The notes: a model not told the origin generated them from the sequence alone. A stretch of 64,000 nucleotides of DNA from Utricularia gibba (GCA_002189035.1 NEEC01000004.1:1116001-1180000), one strand, 5' to 3'; shown: positions 35,760 to 49,082, numbered from the stretch's first letter. Numbers and translations: made by a program.

Positions 35760-36655
35760 ATATATAAAGAAGTAAATAAGTATCTGCAAACAGAGGCGAA
35801 CTAAAAAAATAATTGATATTTTTATGAAAGTAAATTTATTGCGGGCCACCTATGTTGTCCATTTATAAAATTATTCATCCTTATTTTCTATTTTACATAC
35901 CGCAACCAATTTTTTATATATGTGATTATCAATTTTATCAGACACTTAATAAAGATGATTAATTTTGGAATATATCATAGAGCATTGCGGGATCTTCTTC
36001 TTGTATTTTCAATTGTTTTCATGTTGTTAAATTTGAAGATTTATGCCTTGGTGCACAGAAACGTGCGTATTAGATTATTATATAAAAATGAAGATTCAAA
36101 AAAGGAAACAAGTAAGGCCATCCTTTCAAAAAAAATAATTATATAATTGATTTTAATACAATTTAATATTATAATATATATTTTTAAAGTTAAAAATAAG
36201 AATTTGATTTTTATGTGTAAATCCATATTTAGTGATAATTTTATAAAACTAAATTTGTAAATTATATGTTGTTATTATTATAATTTAAATAGATTTACAT
36301 TAAAATTACAATTTAAAATTAAAATATTTCGATGGCTTAAAATCATATTCAATATAGTCATTGAAAACAATAATTGTAAATGTAAATTCAATTTTAAAAT
36401 CACCTCATATAAAAAAAAAATTATCGTTTCATGTTTCTGATAAAATTAGAATGATTGTTTTAAAAAATACTTATCATACAATAGAATATGATATATATTA
36501 GAATTAATTCTACGAAAATATAATTAATTTTTAAATATCCCTAAAATGCCTAAATAGGCAAGCACCGGCTGGGCCGTTAAATTTCGTGTAACCACGCCGC
36601 CTCGGAGACAGGAAAAGTCGGTTCCGACTTCCGAGTAAAGTAATAGGGGGGTGAG
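35760..36655. repeat. Upstream region of CCD4 copy 2, duplicated as the upstream region of copy 3 (~42080-42965)
   Basis: Collinear near-identical blocks, e.g. TTTATGCCTTGGTGCACAGAAACGTGCGTATTAGATTATTA and CGCCGCCTCGGAGACAGGAAAAGTC in both copies. Confidence 0.9.
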
Positions 36656-37277
36656 ATGAATCTGCAAACTGTAACAATAAATAGATTTGCAAAATAACTG
36701 ATTTTGGTTTTAAATTGGCAAAGTAACTAATTTTTTTAAAAAAACATTTGCAATATAACCAACATTCTTAATATATTGATTTTATATTACTTTTCGAAAT
36801 ACTTAATTATAAATATCATTTATAATCTTTAAATGAATTTAAATAATAAATAATAAATAATAAATTTGTATAAAAAAAGTTAGAAATTTACCAAAAAATT
36901 AAGATTAATTCAAAAATACAAAAATAAATATCATCTTAAATAATTGATTAATTTACAATACTTATTTTCAAAATACTTCCAAATATACATTTTCTTATTT
37001 TATCTTTTCAATTTTATTAAAATTACAATTAAAATTTTGTTTCAAACATAATGAAAAAAATATAGTTATACTTAATCTAAGTAAGATATTCAATATTTCT
37101 TACATAAAACATCAAATTGTATATTTAACACTTCAATATATACTTATAAATATATCTTAAAAAATTATATTCTAAATTTGTGAATTCTAATTAAGCATTT
37201 AACATAGTTATTTGTTAAAAAACATATAAGTTTGATATTCCTATATTATATTTTTATTAAATATAAATAATTATTAT

Positions 37278-37763
37278 TGATGGTGACTAAACCAGAGTGA
37301 GGTAATCGGACACTGAAAAGTTGATGAAAGGTGTTCTGACAGACTGGTACAAGTCTACAAATCGCTAAGTGTCAAAATTATTAGCGACAGTCGTTTTGGA
37401 CAGTATGAAAAATAACCGAATTACAGCAACGACCTAGTAGTTGGCGGTTATTTGAGAGCAAGGCCATAGTCCGAACATCAGACATAGAAAGCAATCGATG
37501 TCTATAAAGTTCAGAATTCGGACAAACAAACCTTGTCTATAAATATAGGAAACTCCAAACAAGAAAGAGTTGAACTCAATGCCCTTCACAACCTGTATTT
37601 TCATTCTCCGACGGTTTCCACGTTAAAATCTCTAACTTCCTTATTTCTGTTAATCGCATCGTACTCCACACAATGCGTGAACGTAAATCGGGTACGACGC
37701 ATACGGACGTACCCACAACCCGATAATCGGCTCTTGCCTTAATATCGATTTTTAACCATAACA
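37278..37763 (+). mobile_element. Solo LTR of an LTR retrotransposon (486 bp)
   Basis: Begins TG (37278), ends CA (37763), flanked by identical ATTAT (37273-37277 and 37764-37768). Internal CTATAAATAT TATA box near 37537. GC-balanced island in very AT-rich flanks. The TSD is AT-rich, so a chance match is possible. Confidence 0.7.
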
Positions 37764-38959
37764 ATTATAAAAAGGGATTTAATTAAATTTCTATAAAATA
37801 CCCTATAAACTCATGACATATATTTCATTTTTTTATTAAATATGATGAAATGGATGATCTTTATTTATATTCTATAAAACATATTTAAAAATCATATAAG
37901 TAATCACAAAAAATAATGTAATTTCATATGCATGTAGTTTATATACAATTATTAAAATTTTATAATTATTAAAATCTAAATAATGACATCCTTAATATGG
38001 GGACAATCATGTGGAACAATCACATGTGACATGATTTGATAATACATGTATATTTTGTTAAGGAGAGGAGCACATGGGGAGTTTGTTCATTTATTAATAA
38101 ATCTGTTTTATTCTAAATGATAACTTTCATATCAATAGAATTTATTATGAGTTATTATTCATTAAGTAGAATATATTTTAGGAATCATATTTTTGGTTTG
38201 AAATTAATTTGATGAAATCAGATTTACTGTAAAGAGTAAGTGCAAATATATTTTCCTAAAACTTAAATCATAATATACTAATTAATTTTTTAATTGTAAT
38301 ATAATAATATAATACAATTTTAAAATCAAAGAAAAACAATGAATTTTTTGTCATTGGTTGAAAAAAAAACATATCCTCATGGCACTCGATGGTTTTCGCA
38401 CAATACTATCAACTGTAACTATAGGTTGCAAGCAAAAAAAAATTTATAACGCAATTGTAGATTCTTTTAGAAAACAACTAATAGCATTTATTGATTGCAC
38501 TTGATGTTAAACACCTAATACCATAGAGTGCATCAAAAAATTAAAAAAATTTGAGATATTCTCATTTCACTCTATAAATAAAATAGATATTTCTTATTCT
38601 TAAGTACAATGTTGCGACAATATGTTTATAGTAGTGATAAAATTATTTTATGGCGTAAATATTCTTCGGGATCCATTTGAGTGTATTTCATACAATATGG
38701 ATCATATTCGAGTTATCAACGTTAATCGTTAAATTACATATAAAAAGTTACTTAAATGTATAAAAGAGCAGTTTGATATAAATGCATATAATCTCCTAGT
38801 TACAATAAAATTCTATGATGAACTATCAAACGAGATGAAATGTTTGCATATTTCGAATTCTAATATTTTAAGATATATATTAAACCCAAGCATATATATT
38901 AAGATATATGAAAATAATATATAAATAACTATATATCAAATAATATAATTTTATTAAAC

Positions 38960-40185
38960 ATATTATAAACTAATTTTATACCCTCTTATCAAAGACCTAG
39001 AGGTTTTCTCTTTTATTACTTCTCTGTTCTTCTTTTAGGTGCATTTTAACATATTTCATTTTCTTTGTTTAATAAGCCCTAGAAATTCATTGATTTTTTT
39101 CGCAGAATCGACAGGTATAAACAAAGTGAACAAACTCGAATGAAATTCCTTCTCTTGTTGACTCCGTCAAATCTTCATCAACAGTTTTTCTATTTTCCTT
39201 TTTTTACTATCATTTTTTTGCTACTAAATGCCAGCCGTACGGCGTACATTTGAATATTATTTCAGTGGGACACATCAGACAAGCTAAATTTCCTCCGACT
39301 AAAACCAGAAATATTTAATATTAAATATCATATTGTGTTAAATATCATATTTGGATCTTTCGGGCCATGAAAAAAATCAACTTGAAATACCATTGAAGAT
39401 GCAAATTGGGAACAATAATTTATTTGCAAATGGGGAATTTAATACTTTGGTATATAATCTAGCAATGACTTCAAACAATAAAAGCCTAATTAATCCTTGA
39501 AATATAAAACCCTTTACCTCATCAATAAAAAAAATTCAAATCCTAACACTCTTAGTAAAAGTATCAAGTTTTAACGATGAAAAAATGTTGATCAATTTCG
39601 TGGAACTTGAACCCAAACTATTGCTTCGAACTCATATATGATCAATATTTTCGAAATAAAACTCTTTTCAGTAAGTATGACAACACTCAGAACATTGTGA
39701 TCAAAATGGATATTCTATCTTTATATAATATTCTTTGTTTTGAATATTTAACTTTTAAAGTTTTATGTTCTTACTTTTTGAAAAAAAAATGAATCGTATA
39801 AGATTATGAAATTTTTTTTATCAAGTATAAGATACTGTTATTAAGACTCTCGTCTAACAAATCTAATTTATTAGTTTCGAAAAATTGTTTTGGTTTAGAA
39901 TTATGCCCCCTATATGTTATGATTCATTATGTGCATCATTTTTCCCAATCAAATACCCATCCAAATAATGGTTTGTTGTTTGATTGATCATGGCTCCCAA
40001 GCATAGAGACAAACTTAAAAGTAGAAAATATTAGTTTTCGATAATATTTGCTATTTTAGAAAATGTTATTTCTTATTTTACTTTTTTGCTATTTGCCAGT
40101 TTCCTGATATTTCCAATAATCTACTATTCATGCATTTTTCACTATTTACAAATTAAGTAACGTCATCATATCTTAAACCGGTGGA
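38960..40185. repeat. Downstream region of CCD4 copy 3, duplicated as the downstream region of copy 4 (~43185-44398)
   Basis: Collinear near-identity over ~1.2 kb, e.g. GATTCATTATGTGCATCATTTT...GATCATGGCTCCCAAGCATAGAGACAAACTTAAAAGTAGAAAATATTAG in both. The 3' flank of copy 2 is unrelated. Confidence 0.9.
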
Positions 40186-42004
40186 TTATAATTTTTTGAG
40201 ATCACGTTCAGGGACGAAGATGCCGTGAAAGCCGTAGGGGACCCGCTGGGGTAGTCGCACGGTGGCGACTATATCAAGCTCCGGTGACGCTGCATCCATC
40301 ACTAAGAATCTCGACTCTCCGCTTTTTTCGTCATGCACATACACGACAAGATGTCCATCGTCCTCCGCCGCGTTCGGATTTTCCGGGCATCGGGGGACGA
40401 AAATAGGCTCGCCGGAGAAGCAATCCGGCCCGAAATCGCGGCTAGCAGCTACGCAATCACAGCCACCATCCTCGTTCATCAGTGAGAGGTCGAGTTTCAC
40501 CACGCCGGACATTCTCGGCATCGGATCTCCGATGGCCGCGTACACATACCTTCATTATTCACAGACACTAGTCAATTAAGAAACACTATCGGAATTCGAA
40601 TATTTAGAGGAGGAGAGGCCCCACGGACGAACAAGTTGGGAGAATTATTACAAAAAATAATATTATTAGAAAAAAAAAAAGCAATTGGACACAAAAATCT
40701 ATTACGTACCGATTTTGCCGACCGACAAACGCCGGGTTGATCACCGTGAACTCTAGGTTCATGGCGGACACCGGACAGCGAGCCACAGTGCCCCGCCGGA
40801 GATCGATTTTCACCTTCTCTGTCGCAGTTTGCAGGAGTTCCATGTCTTCAAGGGCGTGCTGGATACCTAACATATTAGGAGCCAATATGACAACAACATT
40901 ACCGCCATCCTCTTCCCAGGCATTCGTGAAGTGAATCAAGTTCAGCCCTGGCGTCTCGAACCACCGCATCTCCGAGTCGTCTGTCGCGTATCTCGGAATA
41001 ATTCCGATGCGGGGAACCTTCGAGGTGCTTGCCGCCACCATAGCGCTGCCGTTCACGAACCCCATCGGGTTAATTACGATTTGGTTCTCGTTGAAAATCG
41101 CGTATTTTTTAGTGATCGCGAAGTCGTGTAAAAAGCCGGGGTCTTTGAAGGAGAAGATTGGAACATCCGGCTGTTTTTCCCCCTCGGAATTGATTCTGAA
41201 AAACGTTAAGAATGGCTGAATTGGACCGTACCGGAAGGAAAATGTTTCTCCAGTGACCGGGTCGGTTTTCGGGTGCGCCGTCATGCTCCCGGAGAGCTCC
41301 CCGTCGAAATCGTAGCGTCCGAGAGTGTGTATCTCGCCGTCAGATGCGATTTTAATGGCGTAAGGAAGATCCGATTCGCCTAAGGAAAACAACTTTCCGG
41401 CGACCATTGCCAAACTAGTGTTGGCCAAGCCGAAGCCGCTATCCAGATCATATTCCCCGGCGATAATCCGTGCCGCGCTGAGAGCTCCACGCGCCGCCAC
41501 TCCTGGTAAACTAGTGAAGCCGGAGAACAAACTATGAAAAACAGAGTGCCCCTTTTCTTTCTCCACCTGATATTTGTAAGTTTTCACAAAACGGCTACAG
41601 AAAATGGCTTTCCCACCAGAAATCGTGATCGCGTGAAGCATACCGTCCCCGTCGAACAGATGGTACGGCCCGCGGGGAAGATAGTGTGGATTTGGGCCGT
41701 TTCGGATATACGCGCCGTCGAGGGAGCTGGGCAAAGCGCCGTAGATGACCGAGCATTCTGTCGGCTGGATCTCACCCACCGGAGCAAAGTTCCCGGCAAG
41801 GATGCGCTTGGGGTCTCTGGTGGGCTTCCGGGGAGGATCAATGAAGGTGTCGATTAAATGATCCGCCACCGTGAAAAGTGTCCCCGCCAGAGACGGCGAC
41901 GCCGCCCCTGGTTTTAGTTGTGTGGGGCTGGCTTGCTTATGGGTTTGTGGAGAGAGAGCATTGTAAGGTGGGATAGTTTTAGAAGATAACGCTAAAAAAG
42001 CCAT
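40186..42004 (-). CDS. CCD4: CCD4-like dioxygenase, copy 3 (552 aa; intron 40550-40709)
   Basis: Four His ligands present; intron at the same position; spliced length 1659 nt, in frame. Confidence 0.93.
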
Positions 42005-44398
42005 GGCCGGAAGTGCAGAAACCTCCCGTGGACACAAACCCCTTTTCCATCTCAGATATTTATAAAGTAAATAATTCAAAGAAGAGGCGAATTAAAAAAT
42101 CATTGATATTGTTCTGAAAGTAAATTTATTACGTGTCATCTATGTTGTCTAATCATCATTATTTTCTATTTTACATACCACGGCCAATTTTTTATATGAT
42201 TGATGATCATTTTTACTACACACTCAAGAGAGATGGTTAATTTTATAACATATCATGTCTGTTTAGAGCATTGGGGGATCTTATTCTTGTCTTTTCAATT
42301 GTTTTCATGTTGTTAAATTTGGAAATTTATGCCTTGGTGCACAGAAACGTGCGTATTAGATTATTATACTAAAATGAAGATTCAAAAAGGGAAACAAGTA
42401 ACGCCATCCTTTCAAAAAAAAATCATTCTATAATTGATTTTAATACAATATAATATTATGATATAATGAAAATTAATATATTTTTTAAAAAATAATAATT
42501 ATAAAAGTTAAAAATAAGAATTTGATTTTTATGTGTAAATCCATATTGAGTGATAATTTTATAAACCTAAATTTGTAAATTATTTGTTGTTATTATTATA
42601 TTTAAATAGATTTACGTTAAAATTACAGTTTAAAATTAAAATAATTCAATAGTTTAAAATTATATTCACTATAATCATTCCCAAAAAATAAATGTAATTG
42701 TAAATTCAATTTTAAAAATCACGTCTTATAAAAAAAAGTTATCATTTCATGTCTCTGATAAAATTAGAATGATTATTTTAAATAATACTTATATACAATA
42801 GAATATGATATATATTAGAATTAATTCTACAAAAATATAATTAACTTTTAAATATCACTAAAATGCCTAAATCGGCCAGCACCGGCCGGGGCCGCCTTGC
42901 CGTTGAAATTTCCGTGAAACAACGCCGCCTCGGAGACAGGAAAAGTCAGCAATAGGGGAGTGAGATTGTTCAAAAACAACAATCATTGGTATGCGTCTTG
43001 AAGTGACACCGAAGCGAAATAAAAGACTGTTTTTGGGTGTCGGGAAGGCAAATGCGCACTGGTTTTGGATTTGAAAGCTTTGTTTCATTAGCTGATTTAG
43101 ATTTTTATGTGTTCAGATTATTTAAATTTAGATAAATTCAAATATATAGATATAAAAATATTCATATCTTTCATTAAGTATACATATTATAAATTAATTT
43201 TATACCCTCTTATCAATGAGCCAGAGGTTTTTACTCTTTTATTACTTCTCTGTTCTTCTTTTATGTGCATTTTAACATATTTCATTTTCTTTGTTTAATA
43301 AGCCTTAGAAATTCATTGATTTTTTTCGCAGAATCGACGGGTATTAACAAAGTGAACAAACTCGAATGAAATTCCTTCTCTGGTTGACTCCGTCAACTCT
43401 TCATGAACAGTTTTTCTATTTTCCTTTTTTTTCTCTCATTTTTTTGCTACAAAATGCCAGCCGTACAATTGAATATTCTTTGAATAGGACACATCAGACC
43501 AGCTAAATTTCCTCCGACTAAAACCAGAAATATTCAATATTAAATATAATATTTGTGTTAAATATCATACTTGGATCTTTCGGGCCATGAAAAAAATCAA
43601 CTTGAAATATCATTGAAGATGCAAATTTGGAACAATAATTTATTTGTAAATGGGGAATTTAACACTTTGGTATATAATCTAGCAATGACTTCAAACAATA
43701 AAAAGCCTAATTAATCCTTGAAATATAAAACTCTTTAACTCATCAATAAAAAAAAATTTCAAATCCTAACACTCTTAGTAAAAGTATCAAGTTTAACGAT
43801 TAAAATTTTGATCAATTTTGTGGAACATGAACCCAAACTATTGGTTCTAACTCATCTATGATCAGTATTTTCAAAATCAAACTCTTTTAGTTACGTATGA
43901 CAACACTCATAACATTGTCATCAAAATGGATATTATATCTTTATACAATATTCTATGTTTTGAATATTTAACTTTTAAAGTTTTATGTTTTTACTTTTTG
44001 AAAAAAACGGATCGTATAAGATTATGAAATTTTTTTATCAAGTGTAAGATATCGTTATTAAGACTCTCGTCTTACAAATCTAATTTATTAGTTTCGAAAA
44101 GTTGGTTTGGTTTAGAATTATGCTTCCAATATGTTATGATTCATTATGTGCATCATTTTTCCCAATCAAATACGCATCCAAATAATGGTTTGTTGTTTGA
44201 TTGATCATGGCTCCCAAGCATAGAGACAAACTTAAAAGTAGAAAATATTAGTTTTCGATAATATTTGCTATTTTAGAAAATGTTATTTCTTATTTTTTTT
44301 TCTATTTTCCATTTTCCTGATATTTCCAATAATATACTAATCATGCGTGTTTCACTATTTACAAATTAAGTAACGTCATCACATCTTTAACCGGTGGA

Positions 44399-46330
44399 TT
44401 ATAATTTTTTGAGATCACGTTCAGGGACGAAGATGCCGTGAAAGCCGTAGGGGACACGGCGGGGTAGTCGCACGGCGGCGACTATATCAAGCTCCGGTGA
44501 CCCTGCATCCATCACCAAGAATCTAGACTCTCCGCTTTTTTCGTCGTGCACATAAGTGACAAGATGCCCCTCGTCCTCCGCCGCATTCGGGTTTCCCGGG
44601 GATCCGGGGACGAAAATAGGCTCGCCGGAGAAGCAACTCGGCCCGAAATAGCGGCTAGCGGCCACACAATCACGGCCACCCTCCTTCATCAGTGAGAGGT
44701 CGAGCTTCACCACCCCTGACATCCACGGCATCGGATCTCCGATGGCCGCGTACGCATACCTTCGTTATTCAAAAAAACATTTACAAATACCCTTCAAGCA
44801 AATCGTATATTTTTTTAATTTAATAATTTTTTAATAGAAATACGACATCAATAATGCCATAGTGAAAAAATCAACTCAAATTTCCTAGAAATAAAAATAT
44901 AAAAAAAGACTATCCTATTCCGGATATTTAGAGGTGAGGCCCTACAGATAAACAAGTTGGAGAATCATATGAACCATAGAATATAACATTATTACAAAAA
45001 AATAAGGAAGTGGACATAAGCAATCGAGTACGTACCAATTTTTCCGACCGACAAACGCCGGGTTGATCACCGTGAACTCTAGGTTCATGGCGGACAACGG
45101 ACGGCGAACAACCGTTCCCCGCCGGAGATCGATTTTCACCATCTCCATCGAAGTGTGCACGAGATCCATGTCTTCAAGGGCGTGCTCGATGGATAAAGTG
45201 TTGGGAGCCAATATGACGACAACGTTGCCGCCATCCTCTTCCCAGGCATTCGTGAAGTGAATGAAGTTCAGCCCCGGGGTCTCGAACCACCGCATCTCTG
45301 ATTCGTCGGTCGCGTATCTGGGAATAATTCCGATGCGGGGAATTTTTGAGGTTTTCGCCGCCACCATAGCGCCGCTGTTCACGATCTCGATAGGGTTCAT
45401 TACGATTTGGTTCTCGTTGAAAATTGCGTATTTTTTGGTGATCGCAAAGTCGTGTAAGAAGCAGGGGTCTTTGAAGGAGAAGATTGGAACATCCGGCTGT
45501 TTTTCCCCGTCGGGGTTGATTCTGAAAAAGGTTAAAAATGGCTGAATTGGACCGTACCGGAAGGAAAATGTTTCTCCAGTGACCGGGTCGGTTTTCGGGT
45601 GCGCTGTCATGCTCCCGGAGAGCTTCCCGTCGAAATCGTGGCGTCCGAGAGTGTGTATCTCGCCGTCGGATGCGATTTTAACGGCGTACGGAATATCGGA
45701 TTCGCCTAAAGCATAGAGCTTTCCGGAAACCATAGCCAAACTTGTATTTGCCAAGCCGAGGCCGCTACCCAGATCATATTCCCCGGCGATAATCCGTGCC
45801 GCGCTGAGAGCTCCACGCGCGGCCAGTCCTGGTAAACTAGTGAAGCCGGAAAATATACTCTGAATAACCGGGTGCCCCTTTTCTTTCTCCACTTGATATT
45901 TGTAAGTCTTCACAAAACGGCTACAGAACATGGCTTTCCCGCCGGAAATCGTGATGGCGTGAAGCATACCATCCCCGTCGAACAGATGGTACGGGCCGCG
46001 GGGCAGGTACTGTGGATTTGGGCCATTTCGGATGTACGCGCCGTCGAGGGAGCTGGGCAAAGCGCCGTGGATGACCGAGCATTCTGTCGGCTGGAGCTCG
46101 CCCACCGGAGCAAAGTTCCCGGCAAGGATGCGCTTGGGGTCTATGGTGCGCTTACGGGGAGGATCAATGAAGGTATTGATTAAATGGTCTGCCGCCGTGA
46201 AAAGTGTCCCCGCCAGAGACGGCGACGCCCCCCCTACTCTTAGTTTTCCGGGGATGGTTTCTTCATGGGTTTGTGCAGACAGGGCACTGTAAGGTGGGAG
46301 CGATTTAGAAGATAACAGTAACAAAGGCAT
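44399..46330 (-). CDS. CCD4: CCD4-like dioxygenase, copy 4 (551 aa; intron 44760-45035)
   Basis: Four His ligands present; spliced length 1656 nt, in frame. ATG of MPLLLL at 46330. Confidence 0.93.
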
Positions 46331-49082
46331 TGCCGGAAAATGCAGAAACCACCCGTGTGCCACAAATCCCTTTTCGATCTCATTTATTTATAAGGAGGAA
46401 TTAAATAAATATTTGCATCATGTAATTCGACCACAAGAAGGAAAATTAAAGAGGCTATTTAGACTTTAATGCCTAACTTTAGTTCCTTTCATAATTGTCA
46501 TTTGGTGAATGGTTTTTGTAAGTGACACGGAGTGTCACCAAATGATGAGACTAAAAGTTATATTGTAAGATGAAGAAAATATAAAAGATGGATTTAAGAC
46601 AAAAATTATGATATTTATAGACTGTTGGTATATCTAGGAATCTGTCTTGATCATATGTGAGTAAAAAAAAAAAATCAAATTCATTATAAAAAAATTTACA
46701 TTAATATGTGAGATAAAGTGAAGTTAGTTAGATATGATCTATTTATAAAATCTATTAAAATGAAATAATTAAATATATACAAAATTAGAAATTTATAGTA
46801 ATTATTTGAATTTAATTTTTTAATATAATTTATATTTATTATGTACTTAATTTATATATATATATTCATTTGATCAATAAAATCTCTAATTTAAATATGA
46901 TATTATAGAGTTTATCTCACATCATGGTTTTCAATGGTAAAGATTGATTTTATGTTGGTCTGAGTTTTGTTAAAAAAAAAGATGTATTAGACATAATTGA
47001 TAAAATTAAATCGATTTATGACTCAAATATTACCTACCATCACAAAAATAAAAACAAGTATTAATCGGATTAAATATCAATTTGACTTGAAGGTGAATAT
47101 TAGAGCAAACAATCTCATATTGAAAATTAAAATGTAATAATCAAATATATAAGAAATTACAGATTAATAATAATTGATTTGATCTATTTTTTTCTAAATG
47201 TGATTAATGTTTTATGTGTAATTAACTTATCACATATATTCATTCTATATACTGTTATTAATTTTAACATAGTATTAAAACCTCTGCCTTGCATTATGAT
47301 TTAGGTAGCTAAATGAGTTTCATATTGATTTGAGTTTCAATTAAAAATTAGATCTATCAATGATTTAATTACTATCTATTATCATAAAAAGAAATAAATT
47401 TTAAGTGAATCAAAGACTAATTCAATTTGATAACAAATATTAAAATAAATAATTTCACATCGAAAAATTAAAATAAAATAATTAAGTATTTAAGATATCA
47501 TATATATTAGTAGTAATCAATTTAACATATTTTTTAATATAATCAATATTTATTATGTAATTGATCTTTATGTGTATTAGTTTGATTTATTCAATACTTA
47601 ATTTCAAAAAAATCTTATCATGAGCCACATAAGATGTAGACGACCGACTTTAGGGCCAGTTCCAAAGCCATTGGAATTATTGTGTTTGGTAAGGCAGCTT
47701 ATTATTGATATATAACCATGTGGACATCATAAATTGTTAGAATGAAATTGCCCTTGTCATCATCATCATCATGGTCATGCCCCACCTAATGTTTTTGTTA
47801 TTATAATATGCACATAAAAACTCAAAAATATCATCTTCCATTCCTTCTGGAAAAAAAAAAGATTCTTCTGTTTACCCAAATGAAGTCGAATATTTATTCA
47901 TTTGTACTAATATTTCAACATCTGTAACAAACAAATGGATGATACCTTGACGACTTACCCTACTCTAATGTTGTACATAAAACACTTAATTTGTACGGTG
48001 CCGTTGTTTGCGGGGAAGATTCGCCGTGTCGCGGTAGGAAAAAGAAAACTTGCGCCCGCCACCCGTTCGTTCCATCATTAATTTCTGAACCAATTTCGAA
48101 AGCGAATTTATTGCCCAGGAAGGATCATTTGGCTAATCTTCGGATTTATATTGCATTAATTGCTAATTGGAGATTTATGCCCTGGTTACGCAACAACCGC
48201 TTCTAGAGGAAGGGATGAATCAGTCTGAAACCAATGCTGCCACGCATGAAGAGTACAATACGCATGCCTCCCTCGATGTCCAACTACCCTCATATCATTT
48301 ATTAATTAGTGTTTTTAAAAAAATTTGGAAATAATTTTATTATATAATATTATCAATTATAAAATTAATTCTATCGAAATTAATTTTGAAATTATAATAT
48401 TTGTAATCTTACCAATAAATAAAAGGTTGTTGTTGTGAATTCTTGCAAATTGACAATTTTTTTTATATTATTTACTACAATTACATGTAGACACTATCTT
48501 TTTCGTATTCTCTCTCTTCCTCAATGACTTCTTGATCGATATATAATTCATAGTCTGATATGTTGTTTTGTTCCAGTTAGTAGATTTAGATTTTGGCGTA
48601 ATTTACATGTCGTGATTGATTTACTGAAAGCTCATTCCAATTCACTTAGGTTGCTAATTTATTATTCTTACTAAATCCTCTGATTTTTCTCCAAAGTTAT
48701 ATGACTTGATTCCCTATATTGCCCTTTTTATTTTATCCACATTGCATACTTGTTTTCCGCGCCATTAATCCTAAACCTCATTTTTTTAACATAACCTTTT
48801 TCCCCATCAATATTATCTCAATGAATTGCCAAGTAAGAAAATTAAATACTATTTGCATAGGGAGCCACGCCGGTGAGTTTGGTCTAGACCTAGGTATGGG
48901 TCGGACTCATATGGGCAGAATCCGAATCATCGGGTCAAAAATTAACTGATTCGATGGGTCAAATTCATGCACGTTAAATCTTTGACCCAGCTCGTGAAAC
49001 ATTTCAGCAAACTTGATATGTTGTGAAGAGTTTGTGGAGTGAGGCTAAACGGGATATTGGGAGAAAATATGGTATGGTAAAC

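Noticed and set aside
18435-46330. CYP707A plus the CCD4 array as a newly assembled apocarotenoid biosynthetic gene cluster
   Set aside because: They are separated by housekeeping ABCE and COG6. From memory, CCD4, ABCE2/RLI2 and CYP707A1 are also close neighbours on Arabidopsis chromosome 4, so this is probably ancient microsynteny (to be verified by synteny analysis).
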